A stretch of DNA of 64,000 nucleotides. It comes from a virus. The stretch is taken from IMG/VR virus record IMGVR_UViG_3300034095_000847, one strand, 5' to 3'. A model generated the notes under the pieces. It saw only the letters and a list, made by a program, of their open reading frames with translations. It was not told where the DNA came from and ran no database searches. Both the position numbers and the translations under genes were made by a program. Below are positions 38,406-46,915 of this stretch, piece by piece (position 1 is the first letter of the stretch; each line of letters starts with the position of its first letter).

Positions 38406-38460
38406 GTTTACATTTGATGAAAACGTGTTATAATAGATCCATAAACTAATTAATTGAGAT
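38406..38460 (+). promoter_or_regulatory. early promoter cassette
   Basis: GTTTAC-N17-TATAAT-AGATCCATAAA. Confidence 0.8.
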
Positions 38461-38470
38461 AAACTATATT

Positions 38471-39586
38471 ATGAAAACAATTCCAAACTTTATTCCTACT
38501 ATGTACCAAATGTTTCCTGATGCTGAAACAACCGGTACTATCACTCGTAAACAACTCAAAGAAGTAAAAGATCAAATGAATTGCGATTGGCCAGATTGGT
38601 TAATGCAAAACAAAGTTGCTAGAGGTGTTTATAGATTACCAACTGCAGAAATGCCTATGAAAGAATTGAAAATAGTTTCCATTCCTAAAGGTGGAACTTC
38701 TCTCGTGCCAGAAAAAGATCCTAACTTTGTACCCTTCGGTAACTTCAAAGATTTAGAGTCTATCATTAAATCCGGCATTTTTTATCCCTCGTATATTTAC
38801 GGACCTACGGGTAATGGTAAATCTACAATGGTTGAGCAAATATGCGCTAAGCATAAAAAACCTTTGATTCGTGTTAACTTGAACATGATGACTGACGAAG
38901 AGCAGTTGATTGGTTCTAAAACTCTTCAAGAAGGCAATGTTGAGATTGTTGAAGGACCAGTATTGGTTGCTATGCGTACAGGTACTACTTTGTTACTTGA
39001 TGAGATAGATGCAGGTTCAGCAAATACTTTATTATGCTTACAACCTATTCTTGAAGGTAAACCATACTACTTCAAGTTGAAGAATGAAATGATTATTCCT
39101 GCAGAAGGATTCAATATACTTGCTACAGCCAATACTAAAGGTAAAGGTTCTGATGATGGTCGTTATATTGGTACTAATGTATTGAATGAAGCATTTCTTG
39201 AACGATTTGCGGTTACATTTGAACAAGAATATCCAAGTGCAAACATCGAATTAAAAATTGTTAAGAATCTAATGGAACAATTTAATTGTGTTGATGAACC
39301 TTTTGCTGAACTGTTAGTTAAATGGGCAGACGCAATTCGTAAAACTTATGATGATGGAGGTGTTGATGAACTAATTACAACTCGTCGAATGGTTCATATC
39401 ATTCGTGCTTTTGCAATCTTTGGTAATAAAGTAAAAGCAGTTCAATTGTGTTGCAATCGTTTTGACTCTCAAACTAAGGCAGCATTTATTGATTTACTTG
39501 ATAAAATGTCTGAACCAGAACTTTCTGAAATAGATCCTGCAGAAGTAATTATATCTATTGATGAATTTGATGAAATCCCTTACTAA
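38471..39586 (+). CDS. MoxR/CobS-like AAA+ ATPase
   Basis: GPTGNGKS, LLLDEID, ATANTKG, NEAFLERF. Confidence 0.88.
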   Translation: MKTIPNFIPTMYQMFPDAETTGTITRKQLKEVKDQMNCDWPDWLMQNKVARGVYRLPTAEMPMKELKIVSIPKGGTSLVPEKDPNFVPFGNFKDLESIIKSGIFYPSYIYGPTGNGKSTMVEQICAKHKKPLIRVNLNMMTDEEQLIGSKTLQEGNVEIVEGPVLVAMRTGTTLLLDEIDAGSANTLLCLQPILEGKPYYFKLKNEMIIPAEGFNILATANTKGKGSDDGRYIGTNVLNEAFLERFAVTFEQEYPSANIELKIVKNLMEQFNCVDEPFAELLVKWADAIRKTYDDGGVDELITTRRMVHIIRAFAIFGNKVKAVQLCCNRFDSQTKAAFIDLLDKMSEPELSEIDPAEVIISIDEFDEIPY

Positions 39587-39653
39587 TAAAAATGAATTAT
39601 TCAGTTTACTTTTATGGGATTATGTAATATAATTATTATTTTATGGAGTTATT

Positions 39654-39854
39654 ATGAGTAAATACGAAGATGCAGTATGTGAAAAAATCCAACAAAGAGC
39701 TAAATTTGGATTAGATAAGTACGGAGTTTCATTAGAGAGAACTGACTTGAATGAATTAGATTGGTTAATCCATGCACAAGAAGAAGCCATGGATTTAGCA
39801 AATTATCTTGAAGTGATTATACAACGAAAAATTAAAACTATGGAGACATTATGA
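39654..39854 (+). CDS. phage hypothetical protein
   Basis: RAKFGLDKYG...WLIHAQEEAMDLANYL. Confidence 0.7.
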   Translation: MSKYEDAVCEKIQQRAKFGLDKYGVSLERTDLNELDWLIHAQEEAMDLANYLEVIIQRKIKTMETL

Positions 39855-40504
39855 AAATCAGTAAAGACACAATTAATATCCTTAAGAACTATGCATCAAT
39901 CAATAGCAACTTGTTGTTAACACCTGGAAATAGATTGAAGACTACTTCGGTAAATAAAACTGTAGCATCAAGTATAACTGTAGTTGAGCAATTCCCTATT
40001 GAATTTGGCATATATGACCTTAATTCATTTTTAGGAGCAATTTCTTTATTCACTGATCCTGAATTAGAATTTGAAGAAAAGTATGTTAATATTCAAGAGA
40101 AAAATAACAGAATTAAATTTTTTGCTGCCGATGCATCTTTATTGAAAACTCCAAGTAAAGATATAGTGTTTCCTGCTGCAGATATTAATTTTGACTTATC
40201 TGAATCATTATTTGCTGCTATTCAAAAAACTGCCGGTGTTTTAAAAGCTTCTGATCTTTCTATTGTGGGCGATGGAACTAGTTTAACTTTAACAATTGGT
40301 GATAAAAAGAATGCTACTAGCAATTTATATGAATCAATTGTAGGTACTACTGATAAAACTTTTAAAGCTAATATTAAAATTGAAAACCTGAAAATGTTAC
40401 AAGGTAATTATACAGTAACTATTCATTCTAGAATCGCTAGATTTGAATCTACAATTGGTGATTTAGTTTATTATTGTGCAATTGAGGCTGATAGTACGTT
40501 CTAA
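39851..40504 (+). CDS. gp45: sliding clamp gp45
   Basis: MKISKDTINILKNYASIN...FGIYDLNSFL. Confidence 0.93.
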   Translation: MKISKDTINILKNYASINSNLLLTPGNRLKTTSVNKTVASSITVVEQFPIEFGIYDLNSFLGAISLFTDPELEFEEKYVNIQEKNNRIKFFAADASLLKTPSKDIVFPAADINFDLSESLFAAIQKTAGVLKASDLSIVGDGTSLTLTIGDKKNATSNLYESIVGTTDKTFKANIKIENLKMLQGNYTVTIHSRIARFESTIGDLVYYCAIEADSTF

Positions 40505-40569
40505 AATACATTTACTTTTTGATAAAGTCATGATATAATGTATCATGACTATTTTACTATGGAGACATT

Positions 40570-41523
40570 ATGACTATCGAATCTAAAGACAATCAATTTT
40601 TGTGGGTAGAAAAATACCGCCCGCAATCCATCAGTGAATGTATTCTTCCTGAATCCATTAAAACTACATTCAATAATTATATTAAGCAAGGTGAATTACC
40701 CACACTTTTATTAACTGGTTCTGCCGGTGTAGGTAAAACTACTATAGCAAAAGCCCTTTGTAATGAAGTAGGTGCTGACTATATAATGATTAACGGTTCC
40801 GATGAAGGTCGTAAAATTGATACTCTTAGAACTACAGTAAAAGAGTTTGCCTCGTCTGTATCCTTGACTGATGCAAAGAAGGTTATTATTATTGATGAAG
40901 CAGATTACATGAATGCTGACTCGGTTCAACCCGCATTAAGATCATTCATTGAAGAGTTTAGTAATAACTGTCGGTTTATATTTACTTGTAATTTTAAAAA
41001 TCGTATTATAGATCCATTGCATTCACGATGTGCTATTATAGATTTTAAAATAGATCCTAAAGATAAACAAGAAATGGCTGCATTGTTTTTCAAACGTGCT
41101 ACCCGTATATTGAAGCAAGAAAAAATAGAGTTTGATCCAAAAGTGGTTGCTGAATTAGTAACAAAACATTTTCCAGATTATAGAAGGATATTAAATGAAT
41201 TGCAAAGATATTCTGTTGCGGGTAAAATTGACTCTGGAATTTTTGTCAATGTATCTACAGACTCTTATAAAGAATTAATTAAAGGTCTTAAAGAAAAAGA
41301 TTTTACGTCTGTACGTAAATGGGTTGCTAGTGCAGATGCAGATGCTTCATCATTATTCAGACATTTATATGATAATGCATTAAATGTTTTAGATCCATCA
41401 AGTATTCCGCAATTAATTATTATTATCGGTGACTATCAATATAAGAGTGCCTTTGTAGCAGATCAAGAGATAAATACAATGTCAGCAATGGTTGAAATAA
41501 TGTCTTCTTGTAAATTTAAATAG
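40570..41523 (+). CDS. gp44: clamp loader large subunit gp44
   Basis: LWVEKYRP, GSAGVGKT, IIDEAD, SRC. Confidence 0.95.
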   Translation: MTIESKDNQFLWVEKYRPQSISECILPESIKTTFNNYIKQGELPTLLLTGSAGVGKTTIAKALCNEVGADYIMINGSDEGRKIDTLRTTVKEFASSVSLTDAKKVIIIDEADYMNADSVQPALRSFIEEFSNNCRFIFTCNFKNRIIDPLHSRCAIIDFKIDPKDKQEMAALFFKRATRILKQEKIEFDPKVVAELVTKHFPDYRRILNELQRYSVAGKIDSGIFVNVSTDSYKELIKGLKEKDFTSVRKWVASADADASSLFRHLYDNALNVLDPSSIPQLIIIIGDYQYKSAFVADQEINTMSAMVEIMSSCKFK

Positions 41524-41531
41524 GTATTAAT

Positions 41532-41867
41532 ATGGAAATGGATTATCTAACTTTAATATTAGTACTATTGAATGGAGGAATAGGATATTGGTATGGAGTT
41601 CGTAGAACTATAAGTAAATTCCAAAATGGAGAGTTATATATAGAATATGATGAAGATGAATATATAGATGAAGATAATCAAATAATAGTAAATGATATAT
41701 TGGCATACTTAGAAGTACATGACAATATTATTTATATGTATAAATTAAAAGATCATACATATCTTTCACATGGAACTTCTATAGAATCTTTACAAGATAA
41801 ATTGTTAGATAGATTTCCAAATAAAACTTTTGCTATTGCATTAGATGATGAAGAAGGAATTTTATAA
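41532..41867 (+). CDS. hypothetical membrane-anchored protein
   Basis: N-terminal hydrophobic helix. Confidence 0.55.
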   Translation: MEMDYLTLILVLLNGGIGYWYGVRRTISKFQNGELYIEYDEDEYIDEDNQIIVNDILAYLEVHDNIIYMYKLKDHTYLSHGTSIESLQDKLLDRFPNKTFAIALDDEEGIL

Positions 41868-42244
41868 TGAATCCATTTGATTTTATTACTGCCATTACAC
41901 AAACTAAAGAAAATCTGTTTGTTGATCCGCAGGCATATAAAGATTATAATTCATTTATGGTGAATAGAGGATTATCCCAGCATTCAGATACTATTTTATA
42001 TGCTAATGAGATGAATAAATTTTATAATTTAGATAATGATATGCAATTTAAATATTTAATAAATACAATAGCTAAGAAGAAACGATTTGGTAAATGGGCA
42101 AAGAAAGATAAAGACTCTAAATCATTTTTATTAGTTAAAGAATATTTTAAATATTCTGATGAGAAGGCAAGACAAGTATTGGATATCCTAACCAATGATC
42201 AACTTGCTATTATTGAAAAGAAATTGTATAAAGGCGGGTATTAA
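41867..42244 (+). CDS. gp62: clamp loader small subunit gp62
   Basis: YNSFMVNRGLS...ANEMN...KKKRFGKW...YSDEKA. Confidence 0.9.
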   Translation: MNPFDFITAITQTKENLFVDPQAYKDYNSFMVNRGLSQHSDTILYANEMNKFYNLDNDMQFKYLINTIAKKKRFGKWAKKDKDSKSFLLVKEYFKYSDEKARQVLDILTNDQLAIIEKKLYKGGY

Positions 42245-42245
42245 A

Positions 42246-42656
42246 ATGGATATTTTTTATGACTGGGACTATAACAGTATGCTTGAGGTGACGTTACCTG
42301 ACCCTGATGCATTTTTGAAAGTATGTGAAACTTTAACTAGGATTGGTATTGCTTCTAAAAAAGACAATACGCTATATCAATCTTGCCATATATTGCATAA
42401 GCAAGGCAAATATTTTATCGTCCATTTCAAAGAGTTGTTTGCATTGGATGGTAAAGAATCCAATATCACTAATAATGATATTGAGAGAAGAAATGCTATA
42501 GCTAGTTTGCTGGGTGACTGGGGATTATTAACTATAGTAACTGCTGCGCAAGCAGAAAATAAAGCGTCATTATCCCAGATTAAGATTGTCTCTTATAAAG
42601 ACAAAAAGAACTGGACTTTAACATCAAAATATACTATTGGAAACAAGAGAAAATAA
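42246..42656 (+). CDS. regA: translational repressor RegA
   Basis: FLKVCETLTRIGIAS...LYQSCHILHKQGKYFIVHFKELF; ATG at 42246. Confidence 0.95.
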   Translation: MDIFYDWDYNSMLEVTLPDPDAFLKVCETLTRIGIASKKDNTLYQSCHILHKQGKYFIVHFKELFALDGKESNITNNDIERRNAIASLLGDWGLLTIVTAAQAENKASLSQIKIVSYKDKKNWTLTSKYTIGNKRK

Positions 42657-42658
42657 AT

Positions 42659-42874
42659 ATGAACGAAGAACAAAAATTGAAAATTGAAGAAAGTTTTATT
42701 GATTTAAAACTAAATGTACGTGGTGTTAATACAATTTTAGCATCATTAGCAAAACAATCTTATGAAGTTGTTGCAGAATTGATCAATGAAATTAGATCTC
42801 AAGGAACTTCTCAAGTTGGAGAAATTGAAAAAGCCATATTGGCTGAAATTCCTGAAGTTAGCAACGAAGAATAA
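42659..42874 (+). CDS. hypothetical protein
   Basis: 71-aa ORF after regA. Confidence 0.6.
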   Translation: MNEEQKLKIEESFIDLKLNVRGVNTILASLAKQSYEVVAELINEIRSQGTSQVGEIEKAILAEIPEVSNEE

Positions 42875-42892
42875 AAGAAAACTCCTTCTCCC

Positions 42893-43008
42893 GAGGTAGG
42901 TAGTCTTTATCACTATAGACTTTAAATAATAGTGCGTGAAGGACCAGGATGTCCGCCGATCGATACCCACGTAAGAGGTATTCCAGATTCGTAACTGGAA
43001 CCCCACCA
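42893..43008 (+). ncRNA. candidate structured ncRNA with H-type pseudoknot and tRNA-like 3' end
   Basis: GC-rich intergenic stretch with several stems; ends ...CTGGAACCCCACCA. Confidence 0.5.
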
Positions 43009-43010
43009 TT

Positions 43011-43063
43011 CTATGCCGTAAGGATAGAAATATTAATTAATCTCGCAGAAATGGAGACGCAAC
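43011..43063 (+). promoter_or_regulatory. hsp20 leader: GNRA hairpin plus SD-sequestering stem
   Basis: CTAT-G-CC-GTAA-GG-ATAG; TCTC (43041) can pair with GAGA of the GGAG RBS. Confidence 0.5.
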
Positions 43064-43528
43064 ATGAATACAACCGCACATATGGCTTTTGGCTCACATC
43101 TAAATCAATTCGTAGGTCTTGAGAGACTATTGAAAGATATGGAAATGTCAACAAGCGATTATCAATTATCAACTAAGTATCCTCCCCATAATATCATTAA
43201 ATACAATGACAATGAATATGTTGTTGAATTAGCAGTAGCTGGTTTTTCTAGGGAAGAATTGGAAATTACTGTTGAGGACTGCGTTCTTATTATGACTGGT
43301 ACTAAAGGCGAATTTGATAATGAAATTGAATATCTTCATAAAGGTATTAGTGCAAAATCATTTAGGAAAACAATAAAACTAGCCGAAACTGTAATTGTAA
43401 AAGATGCAGAATTCATTGATGGTATTTTATCTGTTTACCTTGAAAATATTATTCCCGAACATAGGAAGCCCAAAAAGATTCTTATTGGTGACGGAAAGCA
43501 AGATGTTGAGATGTTTTTGACTGAATAA
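43064..43528 (+). CDS. small heat-shock protein Hsp20 (IbpA-like)
   Basis: YPPHNII...ELAVAGF...YLHKGIS...DGIL...IPEHRKP. Confidence 0.93.
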   Translation: MNTTAHMAFGSHLNQFVGLERLLKDMEMSTSDYQLSTKYPPHNIIKYNDNEYVVELAVAGFSREELEITVEDCVLIMTGTKGEFDNEIEYLHKGISAKSFRKTIKLAETVIVKDAEFIDGILSVYLENIIPEHRKPKKILIGDGKQDVEMFLTE

Positions 43529-43540
43529 ATTATAACAACG

Positions 43541-43620
43541 CCTCCCACGCCTCTCTACGCCCATAATAGAAGCATCTTAGGATGACAAGGGACGTGAAGC
43601 GCACCATGGGAGGTTTTTTT
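43541..43620 (+). terminator. terminator-like long interrupted hairpin after hsp20
   Basis: CCTCCCA (43541) pairs with TGGGAGG (43607), followed by T7. Confidence 0.6.
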
Positions 43621-43638
43621 AATATAGCGAGAAATATA

Positions 43639-43932
43639 ATGAGTGATATAAGAGTTTTTAAATCCCAAATCGGGGAAGATATGATTGGTGAAGTAGTTGA
43701 TGTTACTAATATATGGTATGATATCAAAAATCCCGCAAATATTGTCCTTCAAGAAACAGAATCAGGTGTAAGAGTTGCTATCGCCCCTGTAATGCCGTTT
43801 GCAAAAGGCAATATCAAAGTATATTTTCATTCAATAGCTATTGAAGCAGATCCTGCAGAAGCACTTGTAACTGAATATAAACGAGTATTTAGTCCAATTG
43901 TAGTTCCAACTTCAAAAATAATTTTAAAGTAA
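43639..43932 (+). CDS. hypothetical protein (Sm-like fold suspected)
   Basis: FKSQIGEDMIG...IKNPA...YKRVFSPIVVP; ATG 43639 preferred over 43582. Confidence 0.65.
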   Translation: MSDIRVFKSQIGEDMIGEVVDVTNIWYDIKNPANIVLQETESGVRVAIAPVMPFAKGNIKVYFHSIAIEADPAEALVTEYKRVFSPIVVPTSKIILK

Positions 43933-43938
43933 TTAACA

Positions 43939-44211
43939 ATGAATACTAATAATTTAAGCAATCAAAAGTTACTTGAAGATTCTGTTAAATTTGTAAACAT
44001 AAGACTTCAAGGTTGGGTCGCAAGCAAAGTATATGCTGAAGGTAAAATTATATACTCAAGACTTAATAAAGATTCTGTTGCTATTATAGGTGTTACAGTA
44101 TTGGAAAAAATTGAATTTGATGTTTATGAGAAACACTTAGAATTTAGTGTGATGAATGATAAATTAATTCCAATGATACCTTTAAGAGCATTATGCGACG
44201 TAATAGGGTAA
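43939..44211 (+). CDS. hypothetical protein
   Basis: 90-aa ORF in the operon. Confidence 0.5.
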   Translation: MNTNNLSNQKLLEDSVKFVNIRLQGWVASKVYAEGKIIYSRLNKDSVAIIGVTVLEKIEFDVYEKHLEFSVMNDKLIPMIPLRALCDVIG

Positions 44212-44381
44212 AAATATCTCTCACAGATTTTAATGAAATAGTTCGGGATTCTGAAAAACCGATTTATATTCAATGTGGATTTAATAGATTTGCTATAGGT
44301 ATAATTAGTGAAGAAGAAGATTGTATATTATTAGTAATAGAAGAAGACGCAAATAACCCGTGTAAAGGAGAAAATAAATGA
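44193..44381 (+). CDS. hypothetical protein
   Basis: 62-aa ORF overlapping both neighbours. Confidence 0.45.
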   Translation: MRRNRVKISLTDFNEIVRDSEKPIYIQCGFNRFAIGIISEEEDCILLVIEEDANNPCKGENK

Positions 44382-45154
44382 TAAAATTAGATCAACTGAA
44401 GAAGATTTGCCCGAACAATAAACAACCTGAAGCATTACTTGAGGTTCTTAATAAAGTTCTACCGTTATATGAAATTAATACCAGAAAACGAGTTGCTGCT
44501 TTCTTGGCACAATGTGGACACGAATCTGCTCAGTTTACTGCCTTGAAAGAAAACTTGAATTATTCTGCCGATGGTCTTTGTAAAGTTTGGCCAAAAAGAT
44601 TTATCTCTGTTGCAATGGCTGCTCCTTATAATCGTAATCCAGAAAAGATTGCTAATAAGGTTTATGCCGATAGAATGGGTAATGGTTCAGAAGCATCAGG
44701 TGAAGGATTCAAATTCCGAGGTCGTGGATGTATTCAATTAACTGGAAAGGATAATTATTCGAAATTTGCTAAGTCTATTGGTAAAACATTAGATGAAACT
44801 GTTGCATATTGTGAAACATTAGAGGGTGCTATTTGTTCAGGTGCGTTCTTCTGGCAAACTAATAAACTAAATCAATATTGTGATTCTAGTGAGTTTACTA
44901 CATTAACCAAAAGAATTAATGGTGGTACTATTGGTTTGAAAGACAGACAACATCATTATGATATCGCATTGAGTGCTATTGATGAAGATGTATTTTCTAA
45001 ACCAGTTCCTGTTGCTATTGTAGCACCTGCTGTAGCTGCTGCTATCATTGCTCCTATTGTATTAGTAGAAGTTGCAATTCCTGATGAACAAGCAGTAGAG
45101 AAAGACGATGACTTTCTGGATTCTGTTTCTAAATTCTTCACGGATTTGTTTTAG
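44378..45154 (+). CDS. glycoside hydrolase family 19 endolysin
   Basis: AAFLAQCGHES, ENLNYS, FRGRGCIQLTGKDNY, TKRINGGTIGL. Confidence 0.92.
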   Translation: MIKLDQLKKICPNNKQPEALLEVLNKVLPLYEINTRKRVAAFLAQCGHESAQFTALKENLNYSADGLCKVWPKRFISVAMAAPYNRNPEKIANKVYADRMGNGSEASGEGFKFRGRGCIQLTGKDNYSKFAKSIGKTLDETVAYCETLEGAICSGAFFWQTNKLNQYCDSSEFTTLTKRINGGTIGLKDRQHHYDIALSAIDEDVFSKPVPVAIVAPAVAAAIIAPIVLVEVAIPDEQAVEKDDDFLDSVSKFFTDLF

Positions 45155-45162
45155 GATATAAT

Positions 45163-45921
45163 ATGAATAAATTTTTATTATTACTATTGTTATCTAGTAA
45201 TGTATTTGCCAATGGCATTGATGATAAATGCCCTAAAATAGTTATTTGGGGCGCTCCTCAGATAACTAAAGAAGGCAATAATCAATACATATGTAAATCT
45301 GATTATGCTATAAATTATGATTATAAGACTAAAGTAGCTTATTTTGTAGTTGAACATATTACTAAAGATGAAATTGCAGTTAAATCTGCTTCTAGAAAAG
45401 ATGATTTTCGGGAAGATATGGAAGTTCCTGTTGAATATCGAGTAACTTTAAAAGATTATACAGGTTCCGGTTTGGATAGAGGACATATGGCTCCGGCAGC
45501 AGACTTTGTATCTAACTCTAAGTTAATGTCCGAATCTTTTTTCTTATCTAATATGATGCCTCAAGCACCAGGAAATAATCGAGGTATTTGGAAGTCAACA
45601 GAAGAACGTGTTAGAGCTTGGGCAACTAAATCAGATGTATATGCAATAACAGGTACTCACTTTGATAAAGGTTATAAAACAATGGGTAATAAGGTAGGTA
45701 TTCCTACTCATGTTTATAAGATTGTTATTCAACCAGCAAATAAACGTATGATTGCTTTTTGGTATCCAAATGAAAAATTAGATCCAAAGCAAATTGCAAA
45801 ATATGTGGTATCAGTTAAGGACATAGAGGCTAAAACTGGTATTGATTTTTCACCTAGAATTCCTAAAGATTTAAAACCTTTGGAAACTATTGTCGCAAAT
45901 TACGAAGATTGGAATAAATGA
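45163..45921 (+). CDS. secreted DNA/RNA non-specific endonuclease (NucA/EndoG family)
   Basis: Signal peptide; DRGHMAPAAD, ESFFLSNMMPQ, N.GIW..E. Confidence 0.9.
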   Translation: MNKFLLLLLLSSNVFANGIDDKCPKIVIWGAPQITKEGNNQYICKSDYAINYDYKTKVAYFVVEHITKDEIAVKSASRKDDFREDMEVPVEYRVTLKDYTGSGLDRGHMAPAADFVSNSKLMSESFFLSNMMPQAPGNNRGIWKSTEERVRAWATKSDVYAITGTHFDKGYKTMGNKVGIPTHVYKIVIQPANKRMIAFWYPNEKLDPKQIAKYVVSVKDIEAKTGIDFSPRIPKDLKPLETIVANYEDWNK

Positions 45922-46319
45922 AAAGATTAATATTGATTGTTTTATTTGCAACCTTATCTGGTTGTGCAATGCTTGATGCTTATAATATGGCTGGATTTGA
46001 TGCTAATGAATATCAACTAGCAACAAAAGTTAGGTCTAAGGCAGAAATATCTAAAACAGATTGTCCTGATGTAGCATTAACTAGACGCAATGTTAGTAGT
46101 ATCTTAAGTGTTGCAACTGAGTTCAAGAATTATACTGCTAGTATTCCCCATAATGAAGAAGCAACTGATATGTCTAAGAATCTTTTACTTGAAGTTCAAG
46201 GATTATCAGACAGATATAAAACTACTACACCATCCGTACCATATTGTTTTACTAAGATGAATATCATTGAACGATCTGCTAAAACTATTCAAACTGTATT
46301 AGGAACTAAGCCACGATGA
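45918..46319 (+). CDS. putative lipoprotein
   Basis: MKR + hydrophobic stretch + lipobox LSGC. Confidence 0.7.
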   Translation: MKRLILIVLFATLSGCAMLDAYNMAGFDANEYQLATKVRSKAEISKTDCPDVALTRRNVSSILSVATEFKNYTASIPHNEEATDMSKNLLLEVQGLSDRYKTTTPSVPYCFTKMNIIERSAKTIQTVLGTKPR

Positions 46320-46585
46320 AAATTAATGAAGTCTTAAACCAGTTAAATGGTTATGATGCTAAAGAGAATGAAGAACTGGAAACTATTGCTGCAACGGTAC
46401 TTGACTTAACTAAGATGTATGAAGAAAAAAGTATATCTGATTCTGAATACAAAGAACTGTTATCTGATTTACAATTGGAAAAGTCTATTACAATGGATGC
46501 TTCTGATTTGAATGCTAAAGCACAATTGAAGTTTATTATTGATACTGCAATTACTATTGCTGCTACAGCTGCCAAGGCAATCTGA
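46316..46585 (+). CDS. hypothetical protein
   Basis: ATGA overlap with the upstream ORF. Confidence 0.6.
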   Translation: MKINEVLNQLNGYDAKENEELETIAATVLDLTKMYEEKSISDSEYKELLSDLQLEKSITMDASDLNAKAQLKFIIDTAITIAATAAKAI

Positions 46586-46914
46586 TGAAGAAACTACTAT
46601 TATTATCTATACTATTATTTTCAACGCCTATATTTGCTGGGGATACATATGTAAACCCTGCAATATGTCCTGAATGTGATATTGAACTTAAATATGAAGT
46701 TAAAATATTCAATAAACATATTGGAGAAACATCATTATTAAATTCTAAAATAATTATTGATGGGTTTGCTCCAATGCCGTGTAATTTTATACAGAAATGT
46801 AAAAAACCAATATACAAACAACAACTTGCCACATCTTTGAAAGTATTAAAAAAAGATATTGCTGTGCTTGAAGCGATAATGTCGGATGACCCTTTAATAC
46901 CATTGCGTAACTAA
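46585..46914 (+). CDS. hypothetical exported protein
   Basis: Signal peptide MKKLLLLSILLFSTPIFA; CPEC. Confidence 0.6.
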   Translation: MKKLLLLSILLFSTPIFAGDTYVNPAICPECDIELKYEVKIFNKHIGETSLLNSKIIIDGFAPMPCNFIQKCKKPIYKQQLATSLKVLKKDIAVLEAIMSDDPLIPLRN

Positions 46915-46915
46915 T

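Noticed and set aside
36359-39586. Cobalamin-biosynthesis (cobT/cobS) auxiliary genes
   Set aside because: The motifs support only a generic MoxR AAA+ and VWA pair common in T4-like phages; there is no cobN or other cobalamin gene.
42893-43008. Canonical tRNA gene
   Set aside because: It ends in CCA, but I could not build a cloverleaf with D and anticodon arms; kept only as an ncRNA candidate.
43582-43638. Upstream start for ORF 43582
   Set aside because: It would run through the terminator-like hairpin; ATG 43639 is more plausible.
42746-43752. Minus-strand ORFs 42746-43009, 43530-43727 and 43555-43752
   Set aside because: They are antisense to genes or structured elements and have no protein features; likely shadows.
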